NCBI GenBank assembly: GCA_950097015.1
Contig: CATNEN010000028.1
Span: 496,001 to 560,000, forward strand
Reading direction: 5' to 3'
Length of the DNA stretch: 64,000 nt
From: Macrostomum hystrix
Lineage: Eukaryota; Animalia; Platyhelminthes
Both the position numbers and the translations under genes were made by a program. The notes beneath the pieces were generated by a model. That model was not told the origin of the DNA, ran no database searches, and was given only the letters and a program-made list of their open reading frames with translations. Of this stretch, positions 22,801-35,045 are shown one piece after another (positions within the stretch are counted from its first letter, which is position 1; each line of letters begins with the position of its first letter).

Positions 22801-23504
22801 TAGAGAGGCGCCGACGAAAGGGCATGCTGTTTACAGCCAACTTAAGCGATATGCAACGTACCCTATCCATGAGAAAGCAGCCACAGATGCCTATTCATTT
22901 TAAATATACGATGGAGTCAACTGGAATCTAGCTAACTGGAGCTATATGCACGTTCAAGCTTGGATTGCTATAGCATTGTTTGAGAATTGAAGTGACGAAA
23001 AGCAGAACAAATTCAAGATAGCTTGCCAACGGCAGCTGAAAGTTTCTTTTCAAATTACTAACTGTTTAAGCAAAAGCCGCTTTTATGAGCAAACTTTTAC
23101 AATCTTTTTATGACGGCGCGAAAAAAAATTTTGCGGCATTTAATTAGAACAAAGAAACGGATTTCTCGCCAAATCTAACGCTATAACTTGAAAGAAATAG
23201 GACAATAAGCTTAGAAATTCCGATTGAACAGCTGTACACAGCCTTTGAAAGGGCCGTGCAAGAGCTGCGGTATAGAGATATACGAGTAATATCCATAGAT
23301 ATATAGAAATACCGATATAGAGATATTCCACTTAATAAAAACCTGCAAAATAGGCAGTCCCAAGCAGAACTATCTTATTTTTTATTTAGAACACAATGTA
23401 CCTTGGCGCTAAGTTTATTTCAATGATGAACTTAATTTAGATTATTTTGAAATAAGATGCGCCAAGAAATCACACTTTGATCAAATCAAATACTGAAAGA
23501 CAGA

Positions 23505-26052
23505 TTCTACAAAACACTAACTTTCAATTTTTAATAATTTTTTTCGACTAGTTTAACACCAAGCACTAATCTTCGAGAGGTAGACACGCGACACTAATCT
23601 TCGAGAGGTGGACACCCGACACTAATCTTCGAGAGGTAGACACTCGACACTAATCTTCGAGAGGTAGACACCCGACACTAATCTTCAAGAGGTGGACACC
23701 CGACACTAATCTTCGAGAGGTAGACACTCGACACTAATCTTCGAGAGGTAGACACTCGACACTAATCTTCGAGAGGTGGACACCCGACACTAATCTTCGA
23801 GAGGTGGATACCCGACACTAATCTTCGAGAGGTGGATACCCGACACTAATCTTCGAGAGGTAGACACTCGACACTAATCTTCAAGAGGTGGACACCCGAC
23901 ACTAATCTTCGAGAGGTGGATACCCGACACTAATCTTCGAGAGGTGGATACCCGACACTAATCTTCGAGAGGTAGACACCCGACACTAATCTTCGAGAGG
24001 TGGACACCCGACACTAATCTTCGAGAGGTAGACACTCAACACTAATCTTCGAGAGGTAGACACCCGACACTAATCTTCGAGAGGTAGACACTCGACACTA
24101 ATCTTCGAGAGGTAGACACCCGACACTAATCTTCGAGAGGTAGACACTCGACACTAATCTTCGAGAGGCAGACACTCGACACTAATCTTCGAGAGGTAGA
24201 CACACGACACTAATCTTCAAGAGACAGACACCCGACACTAATCTTCGAGAGGTGGACACCCGACACTAATCTTCGAGAGGTAGACAACCGACACTAATCT
24301 TCGAGAGGTGGACACCCGACACTAATCTTCAAGAGGTGGACACCCGACACTAATCTTCGAGAGGTGGACACCCGACACTAATCTTCGAGAGGTAGACACC
24401 CGACACTAATCTTCGAGAGGTGGACACCCGACACTAATCTTCGAGAGGTAGACACACGACACTAATCTTCGAGAGGTAGACACCCGACACTAATCTTCGA
24501 GAGGTAGACACACGACACTAATCTTCGAGAGGTAGACACCCGACACTAATCTTCGAGAGGTGGACACACGACACTAATCTTCGAGAGGTGGACACCCGAC
24601 ACTAATCTTCGAGAGGTAGACACCCGACACTAATCTTCGAGAGGTAGACACCCGACACTAATCTTCGAGAGGTAGACACCCGACACTAGTCTTCGAGAGG
24701 TGGACACACGACACTAATCTTCGAGAGGTGGACACCCGACACTAATCTTCGAGAGGTGGACACCCGACACTAATCTTCGAGAGGTGGACACACGACACTA
24801 ATCTTCGAGAGGTAGACACCCGACACTAATCTTCGAGAGGTAGACACCCGACACTAATCTTCGAGAGGTAGACACCCGACACTAATCTTCGAGAGGTAGA
24901 CACTCGACACTAATCTTCGAGAGGTAGACACCCGACACTAATCTTCGAGAGGTAGACACCCGACACTAATCTTCGAGAGGTAGACACCCGACACTAATCT
25001 TCGAGAGGTAGACACACGACACTAATCTTCGAGAGGTGGACACCCGACACTAATCTTCGAGAGGTAGACACCCGACACTAGTCTTCGAGAGGTGGACACA
25101 CGACACTAATCTTCGAGAGGTGGACACACGACACTAATCTTCGAGAGGTAGACACCCGACACTAATCTTCGAGAGGTAGACACCCGACACTAATCTTCGA
25201 GAGGTAGACACCCGACACTAATCTTCGAGAGGTGGACACCCGACACTAATCTTCGAGAGGTAGACACACGACACTAATCTTCGAGAGGTAGACACCCGAC
25301 ACTAATCTTCGAGAGGTAGACACACGACACTAATCTTCGAGAGGTAGACACCCGACACTAATCTTCGAGAGGTGGACACACGACACTAATCTTCGAGAGG
25401 TGGACACCCGACACTAATCTTCGAGAGGTAGACACCCGACACTAATCTTCGAGAGGTAGACACCCGACACTAATCTTCGAGAGGTAGACACCCGACACTA
25501 GTCTTCGAGAGGTGGACACACGACACTAATCTTCGAGAGGTGGACACCCGACACTAATCTTCGAGAGATAGACACCCGACACTAATCTTCGAGAGGTGGA
25601 CACCCGACACTAATCTTCGAGAGGTAGACACACGACACTAATCTTCGAGAGGTAGACACCCGACACTAATCTTCGAGAGGTAGACACCCGACACTAATCT
25701 TCGAGAGGTAGACACCCGACACTAATCTTCGAGAGGTGGACACACGACACTAATCTTCGAGAGGTGGACACCCGACACTAATCTTCGAGAGGTAGACACC
25801 CGACACTAATCTTCGAGAGGTAGACACCCGACACTAATCTTCGAGAGGTAGACACCCGACACTAATCTTCGAGAGGTAGACACACGACACTAATCTTCGA
25901 GAGGTGGACACACGACACTAATCTTCGAGAGGTGGACACCCGACACTAATCTTCGAGAGGTAGACACCCGACACTAATCTTCGAGAGGTAGACACCCGAC
26001 ACTAATCTTCGAGAGGTAGACACCCGACACTAATATTCGAGAGGTAGACACC
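23505..26052. repeat. 28-bp minisatellite (GACACTAATCTTCGAGAGGTAGACACCC), ~91 copies
   Basis: Head-to-tail units, no unique spacers. Confidence 0.97.
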
Positions 26053-26458
26053 AGACAATGCAATATCTTCAATGAAAATTGGTCAACTTCAGACGAAAAT
26101 ATAGAGTTGTTCAATCGTGCCAACAATTTACACTGTTAAGTGAAACTCATAAGATCAAGAACAAGAGCAGAATGACTTGTAATGTGCAAAATAGCGAGGT
26201 TAATTTGAGGCTATATTTGTACATTGTCAACCTTTATGAATTGAATTTGCATACAGGAAGTTGAGTGCACAATATAATTATATTTGTAACTACTGTACAA
26301 TAAAATAGAGAAGAAACTAGAAATGTAAAGCGACTCTCAATGTTGAAGTATTTTGTACTAAGTACATATATAGAATGGCAAATGTTTAAGTTCAGTTTCT
26401 ACCATAGACAACCGCACAGTTCAATTTTCTAGGAAAACAGGCTACAGAGATCAGTTCC

Positions 26459-27541
26459 CTACTTCATCTGCTTGGTCATCATTATGACGAACTCTTCGTA
26501 GTCGATCTCGCCATCGCCGTTCAAGTCGGCCTCGCGGATCATTTCGTCAACCTCCTCGTCGGTGAGCTTCTCGCCCAAGTTGCACATGACAGTTTTTAGC
26601 TCTGCAGCCGAAATGCTGCCATTGCCGTCCTTGTCAAACACCTGGCAAATTAGCAAGGAATTGCCGCTATTGTATCACATGGCCATGCAAGGGACAGACA
26701 GACAGAATGACAAACAGAATAGCAGACAGAATGACAGACAGAATGACAGGGCAGAATGACAGAAAGAATGACAGGGCAGAATGACAGGGCAGAATGACAG
26801 AAAGAATGACAGGGCAGAATGACAGGACAGAATGACAGAAAGAATGACAAACAGAATGACAGACAGAATGACAGACATAATAACAGACAGAATGACAGAC
26901 ATAATGACAGACAGAAGGACAGACATAATGACAGACAGAAGGACAGACAGAATGACAAACAGAATGACAGACAGAATGACAGACATAATGACAGACAGAA
27001 TGACAGACAGAATGACAGACACAATGACAGACATAATAACAGACAGAATGACAGACAGAATGACAGTGCAGAATGACAGGGCAGAATGACAGGGCAGAAT
27101 GACAGGGCAGAATGACAGGGCAGAATGACAGGGCAGAATGACAGGGCAGAATGACAGGGCAGAATGACAGGGCAGAAGGACTTGAATTAAAGACAAACTT
27201 GAATTAAGCAATAAAGTGCTCACACGGAAGGCCTCGCGCAGCTCAGCTTCGGTGTCGGACTCCTTCATGCGCCGGCTCATGAGCACGCGAAACTCTTCAA
27301 AGTCGATGTGACCGTTGCCGTCGATGTCAATCTCGTTGATCATGTCGCGCAGCTCGGCCTCTGTCGGGTTCTGTCCGAGTGCTCGCATCACTGTGCCCAG
27401 CTCGTCAGTGGTGATGCTGCCAGAATCGTCTTTGTCGAATAGTCTGAAGACTTCCTTCATGTTCGTCAGTTCAGCCTCTGTTAACTTTTTTTCTTCTCCC
27501 TCATCTCCTACGCCAGCGTTTTGCTGCTGCTTGGTTGACAT
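26459..27541 (-). CDS. Calmodulin-like protein, 4 EF-hands, 166 aa, 2 exons
   Basis: Exons 27541-27224 and 26641-26459 (phase 0, GTGAGC...CCAG). Loops [48 protein letters not shown]; N-terminal extension; divergent from canonical calmodulin. Confidence 0.92.
26690..27180. repeat. CAGAATGACA-based 8-13-bp tandem repeats filling the calmodulin-like intron
   Basis: Direct periodicity. Confidence 0.92.
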
Positions 27542-28082
27542 CTCTAAAAGACTTGACTAAAAGTACACACGTCGGATGGCCTCCCCTTTGAAACAGGCGC
27601 GCACTCACTGTTCGGTAAGGTACTTTTTGATTTTCGCAATCTATAATGTTTCTTTAAGTAACGAAAAAGCTATGTTAACTTCGGCTCGGTGCTTGTCCGC
27701 TGGCGAGCCTCATTGGCTCTCGGGTTTCATTGGCTCGTGTAAAATTAATTCTAAATAAGCCTTGCAGATCCAGTCGGATTCACTGGGCATGTCAGCTTTC
27801 TGTCTGGAAGTGCGTCTCTTGAGAACAAAGTATTCTAACCACACCCCACCTGCTGGCAATGCTTCTCTGGGCCGCTGAGCATTTTTTCTGTTGCAGTTCT
27901 TTATCTCGATTGCTCATTTTCTGAAGAGTAAAATATCAGTTAGGCCGCCCACTGTGTTCGCTCGGATTGCTAACTGTGTTGCTTGCTGTGAAAGATATCG
28001 CAGGCGAAGATTACTGACTACAGATAGCGGTAAAATGTGAAAATTATCAGAATTCATAATTGATTGCAGTACATCATTTATT

Positions 28083-28330
28083 GGGGTCAGTGGCAGAGTG
28101 GTCTAACGCGTTTGCCTCACACCAAGGTCCCTGAGCTCGATTCCACGGCGAGGCCACATTTATTTGGGGCGCAGCCGCGGACAGAAGGCTTTGGGACTTG
28201 TCTTGCATTATGCCATCGAGGGACAACTTTCAAGGCACTGTGGGAGTGTGCACTGCCTGACGATGAGAAAATCAGTCACTAACTGTCACTAAATGATGTG
28301 CCATTGCCCACAGTCCTCCTGCAAATATTA
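28083..28330 (+). mobile_element. SINE family 1 copy with an internal deletion
   Basis: GGGGTCAGTGGCAGAGTGG head, GAGCTCGATTCC, CTGCCTGACGATGAGAAAA, 3' end GATGTGCCATTGCCCACAGTCCTCCTGCAAAT. Confidence 0.85.
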
Positions 28331-28929
28331 TAACTATCATTACTATGCATTAGCACTTTTATTTACGAGTACAGATATAGTTGATATAGATATAGATATA
28401 GATATAGATATACCGCCAACACCCCATCATGCAGGCAGACTATATGAATGAACCTCATTAGTTGCCGCTTTAGCCTATCATTCATGTTACGAGAATTAGC
28501 AGCATCATTATCTAGATTAGTGCTTTTATAGGCTTAGCTTTGCGTCTTCTTCCACCTAAAAACTAAATAAACTATTTTTGCCCATTTTGGCGACGAGAAT
28601 TACTTAAGTGTCATTCTCCATGCGACCTGTACGCAGGGCAATTCGTCTCTGTGTTTCTCTGAGTGGCTTATAAAAAAGGCGAGCCGGATTCAAGTGTCCT
28701 CTTAACCAAACGCTCTGGGAAAATAATAGACTGGAGCACTTTCAAGTGACTCACAGCTGCAAGTTGAGCCACCAACTAAAAGGACAACTTCACAATTAGA
28801 AATTGGGTGAGTGCTAACTACTTCATAGTCGAGTTTTGACAGTAGTAAGTTCATAAAATATTTTGACCTTAGAGCGAAAATTAGGTTTAAGCTATTATAC
28901 AAGGCGCGTAGCTTGTTTGAAGGGAGTCA

Positions 28930-31030
28930 CAACTAGTCTGAAGGAATTCAAAACTAGGTCTGAAGGAATTCAAAACTAGGCCTGAAGGGAGTCACAACTA
29001 GTCTGAAGGAATTCAAAACTAGGTCTGAAGGAATTCAAAACTAGGTCTGAAGGAATTCAAAACTAGGTCTGAAGGAATTCAAAACTAGGTCTGAAGGAAT
29101 TCAAAACTAGGTCTGAAGGAATTCAAACTAGGCCTGAAGGAATTCAAACTAGGTCTGAAGGAATTCAAAACTAGGTCTGAAGGAATTCAAAACTAGGTCT
29201 GAAGGAATTCAAAACTAGGTCTGAAGGAATTCAAAACTAGGTCTGAAGGAATTCAAACTAGGCCTGAAGGAATTCAAACTAGGTCTGAAGGAATTCAAAA
29301 CTAGGCCTGAAGGAATTCAAACTAGGCCTGAAGGAATTCAAAACTAGGCCTGAAGGAATTCAAACTAGGCCTGAAGGAATTCAAAACTAGGTCTGAAGGA
29401 ATTCAAAACTAGGTCTGAAGGAATTCAAAACTAGGTCTGAAGGAATTCAAAACTAGGTCTGAAGGAATTCAAAACTAGGTCTGAAGGAATTCAAAACTAG
29501 GTCTGAAGGAATTCAAAACTAGGTCTGAAGGAATTCAAAACTAGGTCTGAAGGAATTCAAAACTAGGTCTGAAGGAATTCAAACTAGGCCTGAAGGAATT
29601 CAAACTAGGTCTGAAGGAATTCAAAACTAGGCCTGAAGGAATTCAAACTAGGCCTGAAGGAATTCAAAACTAGGCCTGAAGGAATTCAAACTAGGCCTGA
29701 AGGAATTCAAAACTAGGTCTGAAGGAATTCAAAACTAGGTCTGAAGGAATTCAAAACTAGGTCTGAAGGAATTCAAAACTAGGTCTGAAAAAATTCAAAA
29801 CTAGGCCTGAAGGAATTCAAAACTAGGTCTGAAGGAATTCAAAACTAGGTCTGAAGGAATTCAAAACTAGGTCTGAAGGAATTCAAAACTATGTCTGAAG
29901 GAATTCAAAACTAGGTCTGAAGGAATTCAAAACTAGGTCTGAAGGAATTCAAAACTAGGTCTGAAGTAATTCAAAACTAGGTCTGAAGGAATCCAAACTA
30001 GGTCTGAAGGAATTCAAAACTAGGTCTGAAGGAATTCAAAACTAGGTCTGAAGGAATTCAAAATTATGTCTGAAGGAATTCAAAACTATTTCTAAAGTAA
30101 TTCAAAACTAGGTCTGAAGGAATCCAAACTAGGTCTGAAGGAATTCAAAACTAGGTCTGAAGGAATTCAAAACTAGGTCTGAAGGAATTCAAAACTATGT
30201 CTGAAGGAATTCAAAACTAGGTCTGAAGGAATTAAAAACTAGGTCTGAAGGAATTCAAAACTAGGTCTGAAGGAATTCAAAACTATGTCTAAAGTAATTC
30301 AAAACTAGGTCTGAAGGAATTCAAAACTAGGTCTGAAGGAATTCAAAACTAGGTCTGAAGGAATCCAAACTAGGTCTGAAGGAATTCAAAACTAGGTCTG
30401 AAGGAATTCAAAACTAGGTCTGAAGGAATTCAAAACTAGGCCTGAAGGAATTCAAACTAGGCCTGAAGGAATTCAAAACTAGGTCTGAAGGAATTCAAAA
30501 CTAGGCCTGAAGGAATTCAAACTAGGCCTGAAGGAATTCAAAACTAGGCCTGAAGGAATTCAAACTAGGCCTGAAGGAATTCAAACTAGGTCTGAAGGAA
30601 TTCAAAACTAGGCCTGAAGGAATTCAAACTAGGTCTGAAGGAATTCAAAACTAGGTCTGAAGGAATTCAAACTAGGTCTGAAGGAATTCAAACTATGTCT
30701 GAAGGAATTCAAAACTAGGTCTGAAGGAATTCAAAACTAGGTCTGAAGGAATTCAAAACTATGTCTGAAGGAATTCAAAACTAGGTCTGAAGGAATTCAA
30801 AACTAGGTCTGAAGGAATTCAAAACTAGGCCTGAAGGAATTCAAACTAGGCCTGAAGGAATTCAAAACTAGGCCTGAAGGAATTCAAACTAGGCCTGAAG
30901 GAATTCAAACTAGGTCTGAAGGAATTCAAAACTAGGTCTGAAGGAATTCAAACTAGGCCTGAAGGAATTCAAACTAGGTCTGAAGGAATTCAAACTAGGT
31001 CTGAAGGAATTCAAACTAGGTCTGAAGGTA
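28930..31030. repeat. 21-22-bp minisatellite (CTAGGTCTGAAGGAATTCAAAA), ~95 copies
   Basis: Head-to-tail units. Confidence 0.97.
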
Positions 31031-32194
31031 GCCAAAACACAAAAATTAGAAGATGGTTTCTGAAGGCCTAAACGTTCACAAAACGTCTTTCAACTGGCAA
31101 ATTAGGTTATTAAAGACAAATTTTTCGAAGAAAATGAGATATTTTTCAATGCTAAACAACATAATAATACAGAAAGGGAAGGTTTCCCCGCAAAGAACTG
31201 TATTTTTAATGAGAATAGACGCCGGAAAAAGTTTTAAACAATCAGACAAGTCGGCATTGTGGCTCGCAAAGCCAAGGGCAATAAATACAGCTGACAGAAA
31301 GAACAGTACAAATTAGACTTTGATGGATAGCGAATTGAAAAAATCTCAGTAAAGGAAAAACAGAAGAAAATTGGCTTCGCAAGCAACACGAATCGACGAT
31401 TAAAAAAGCAAAACAAGATGAATAGAGTTGAACATAAGCACTTGGAGGTCGTAGCTGATTCTATTGTGACAATCCATAACTCTCAGTTTGTGAGTAGCAA
31501 ATTATGCCATAAATTGAAACTTATTTGAATGTTGCAATAAAAAATGATGGCGACAATTTGACATGGAATGAAAATGCCGTCATAAACTAGTAAATGAATC
31601 ACGACTTTAAAAAGCATATCAGGAAATCATGGATGACTAGCAACATGCTTATCAGTTTTTATTTGTTACATCTAAATAACATCTCGAAACATAGATACCA
31701 ATTTTAAGTTTGAATAGGTGCGAAAGTGGCAGAACGAATCTATTAAGTAGTATAAAGTGCGCGTTGAGCGAGAACTACAAGAACATTTATTGTGACAAAT
31801 TTATGACGAAAGAATTACTAAAGTATATTTGTATCACAGGCTTTATTGTTCTAATCAATCTTATCTATAATCCTACAGTTATGTATTTTACAAACGTATC
31901 CCACTGAATTCTGTATCCCTCTAATAAAACTTACAGACTGTTGCGATCTGCAAAAATGTCTAAAAATGTAATATATGAAAAAAACTGTGACATTGCAAAA
32001 ATGTTCAAATAATAATTCAATAATTCCTCTGTTCTTCCTTCTTTCTTTTGTTCTTGAAGAGATTGCAATTAGAGAAATTCAAATTAGGTAAAGAATAAGA
32101 ACAGATAGTCATGAGACTACGAGCGTATTGCGTATGTAAACACATTTTAATGCTCCTGAATAGAACTTTAAAGTCAATACCATTGTAGCGATTA

Positions 32195-33030
32195 CAGCAT
32201 CTGCTCCTGCTACGATTCTAGCAGTGGCTCCTGCTACGATTCTAGCTGTGGCTCGTGCTACGATTCTAGCTGTGGCTCGTGCTACGATTCTAGCTGTGGC
32301 TCCTGCTACGATTCTAGCTGTGGCTCCTGCTACGATTCTAGCAGTGGCTCCTGCTACGATTCTAGCTGTGGCTCATGCTACGATTCTAGCTGTGGCTCCT
32401 GCTACGATTCTAGCTGTGGCTCATGCTACGATTCTAGCTGTGGCTCGTGCTACGATTCTAGCTGTGGCTCGTGCTACGATTCTAGCTGCGGCTCCTGCTA
32501 CGATTCTAGCTGTGGCTCCTGCTACGATTCTAGCTGTGGCTCCTGCTACGATTCTAGCTGTGGCTCATGCTACGATTCTAGCTGTGGCTCGTGCTACGAT
32601 TCTAGCTGTGGCTCGTGCTACGATTCTAGCTGCGGCTCCTGCTACGATTCTAGCTGTGGCTCCTGCTACGATTCTAGCAGTGGCTCCTGCTACGATTCTA
32701 GCTGTGGCTCATGCTACGATTCTAGCTGTGGCTCCTGCTACGATTCTAGCTGTGGCTCGTGCTACGATTCTAGCTGTGGCTCATGCTACGATTCTAGCTG
32801 TGGCTCCTGCTACGATTCTAGCAGTGGCTCCTGCTACGATTCTAGCAGTGGCTCCTGCTACGATTCTAGCAGTGGCTCCTGCTACGATTCTAGCTGTGGC
32901 TCCTGCCACAGTTCTCACAGTGGTTACTGCTACGATTCTAGCAGTAGATCATGCTAAGATTCTTGCAGTGGTTACTGCAACGTTTCTAGCAGTATATCCT
33001 GCAACGATTATCGCACTGGTCCCTGCTACT
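32195..33030. repeat. 24-bp minisatellite (CTGCTACGATTCTAGCTGTGGCTC), ~30 well-conserved copies with degenerate edges
   Basis: Direct periodicity; gives the ATILAVAP ORF. Confidence 0.95.
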
Positions 33031-33595
33031 TAATCAGAACATTTTAAACCCATACTGAGTCAGTAAAATTGCATTCATAATAAATGATTTCAACTTTCAA
33101 TGAGCAAAGAAACTAAATAAAAATCCACAACAAAAAAATGACAAAAAAGTGTCAATTGCAGGAATTCTCTAGTGAGCGACTGCGCTTGAACCGTGGAAAC
33201 ATTGAAAACAGTTTAAAAAAAGACAACAGAGAGAACCTGTTGTAAGTTGAAAACCAGCAAATAGGGGAGAGACTTAGAAAGGTATTACCAATTGGCGGGT
33301 GTGTCACTTCATTATGTTTTCATTAGAACCAAAGTAAATCAATCAGCTAATTCACAATGGTGCGGGCCATTTGTTCAAGGTATTCTAAGTGAAGGCACAA
33401 ACCACTTCTGCGTACTCGCATCCTAACATTATGCCCCTGATCCCCTGTGTTTGGTGTATATCGATATATCTACTAATAGATGTCTTAAGCAGTCGACTGC
33501 TATTTTTTTCCGATAAAAGTAAGCTAAAAATGATTTCTCTCAATCTATTTCCCTTTGCTATCCGCTCTTTATCCAAGTCCATTAGCTCGTTGTCC

Positions 33596-35045
33596 TTAGC
33601 AACAGGCTCGCCCGCCAATGGATCGACTATTTAATCGAATAGCCGCGTCGCCGGCTCGACCGCCGCTTAAAGTGTCGCCGCCGTGTCGCCGTTTCAATTC
33701 GGCGGCTAACGAGTTGAAAACCTTGTCAATGTTGCTATTCTCCTTGGCCGATGTCTCCAAACTGGCTAACATGCCAAGCCTAGTTACCAATTCGGCCGCC
33801 TCATCTTGGCGAACCTCGCGCAGATGCTTCAAATCCTGCTTGCAGCCGACTAGCAACTGCACTATGCCAGTGCCAGCGTACCGACCGACATCGTCGATCC
33901 AGCGGGGCAGAGAGTCGAAAGATTCCTGGCGGATTTGCACCAGGCGTCAATTGTGAACTCTGTGAACTATCGTTAGCTAATCACTTTGATTACAGCCGAA
34001 GCTATTGCGCGGCGCATCTGAAGGCTGCGTACGACTGTTCAGTCCATGGACTGGGGGGAAGGCGCACCCGCCCGCGATCAACTCAGCTAATGCTGGCATC
34101 AATCAAATTAGTGAACTTAGGAATCAAACCCCCGACCTTCAAGTCGTGACTCCAACACTCCCCCTAGGTTGCAACTGCTATGGCTTCAGGCCCTATTAAA
34201 AAAATCTGGGGTTCTGAATTTCGTATTCTACGAGTATTCTGCATCTTTTTTCCACCCCTACCGCTAACAGGTAACTGTAACTGTACTGTAACACGTCGCT
34301 TCCTTAAGCTCAGATTCGAAGCTTCCTTAAGCTTAAGCTTAAAATCCTGACCTATCTCATCATGAGTCCCAAGCTATAACCCCTGGGCAGTGGCAGAGCG
34401 GTTTAACTCATTTGACTCTCGCACCAAGGTTCCTGAGCTCGATTCCGCGGCGAGGCCGCATTCATTTGGGGCGCAGCCGCGAAGAGATGGCTTGGGGGGC
34501 TTGTCGTGAAATTTACGACCTTGATGGCCAACCTTCAAGGCACAGTGAAAGTGTACTTCACTGCCTGACGATGAAAAAGTCAGGGCAGATGTACACACCT
34601 GTGTGAGCGTCACTGTCAGTCACTACACTGGCGTCGCAAGCGGGATGTACATTGGGCACGCGTAAATTGATGATACAATAATAATGGTTATAGAGAGCGA
34701 GAACGAAAATACATGATTGGTGAGTACATTGGTGAGACATTATCAAACCCAGCAGCTTACCCTCTTGGTGATGTCGTAAGCCAAAATCACAGCATTAGCC
34801 GATCGATAATAAGACTGGGTAATGGTTCGAAATCTTTCTTGCCCGGCGGTGTCCCAGACTTGCAGTTTAATTCTGCAACCGTCCAGTAGCAGCGTCTTCA
34901 TGGTGAAATCTACGCCAATGGTGCTGCCATGTTTTTCCAGAAAGTTGCCAGATTTGAAGCGTTGCACAACGCAAGACTTGCCCACACCGGCGTCGCCAAC
35001 CAGCACAATTTTGAATAGAAAGTCAAACTGCTCATCTGCCTCCAT
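33596..35045 (-). CDS. RAB43: Rab GTPase of the Rab43/Rab19 subfamily, 204 aa, 2 exons
   Basis: Exons 35045-34761 and 33925-33596 (phase 0). [49 protein letters not shown]-terminal CC prenylation motif. Confidence 0.9.
33990..34175 (-). mobile_element. SINE family 2 copy in the RAB43 intron
   Basis: Shares its 3' end with 4985-5160; B-box-like GGTTTGATTCC on the minus strand. Confidence 0.6.
34383..34610 (+). mobile_element. SINE family 1, 3'-truncated copy in the RAB43 intron
   Basis: TGGCAGAGCGG, GAGCTCGATTCCGCGGCGAGGCC, CTGCCTGACGATGAAAAAGTCAGGGCAG. Confidence 0.85.

Noticed and set aside
26650-27224. ORF-track extension of the calmodulin-like protein into a hydrophobic VILSVI tail
   Set aside because: Read-through into a repeat-filled intron; splicing at 27224/26641 restores EF-hands 3-4
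23505-31030. 28-bp and 22-bp arrays as CRISPR arrays
   Set aside because: Units are head-to-tail with no unique spacers, there are no cas genes, and the context is eukaryotic
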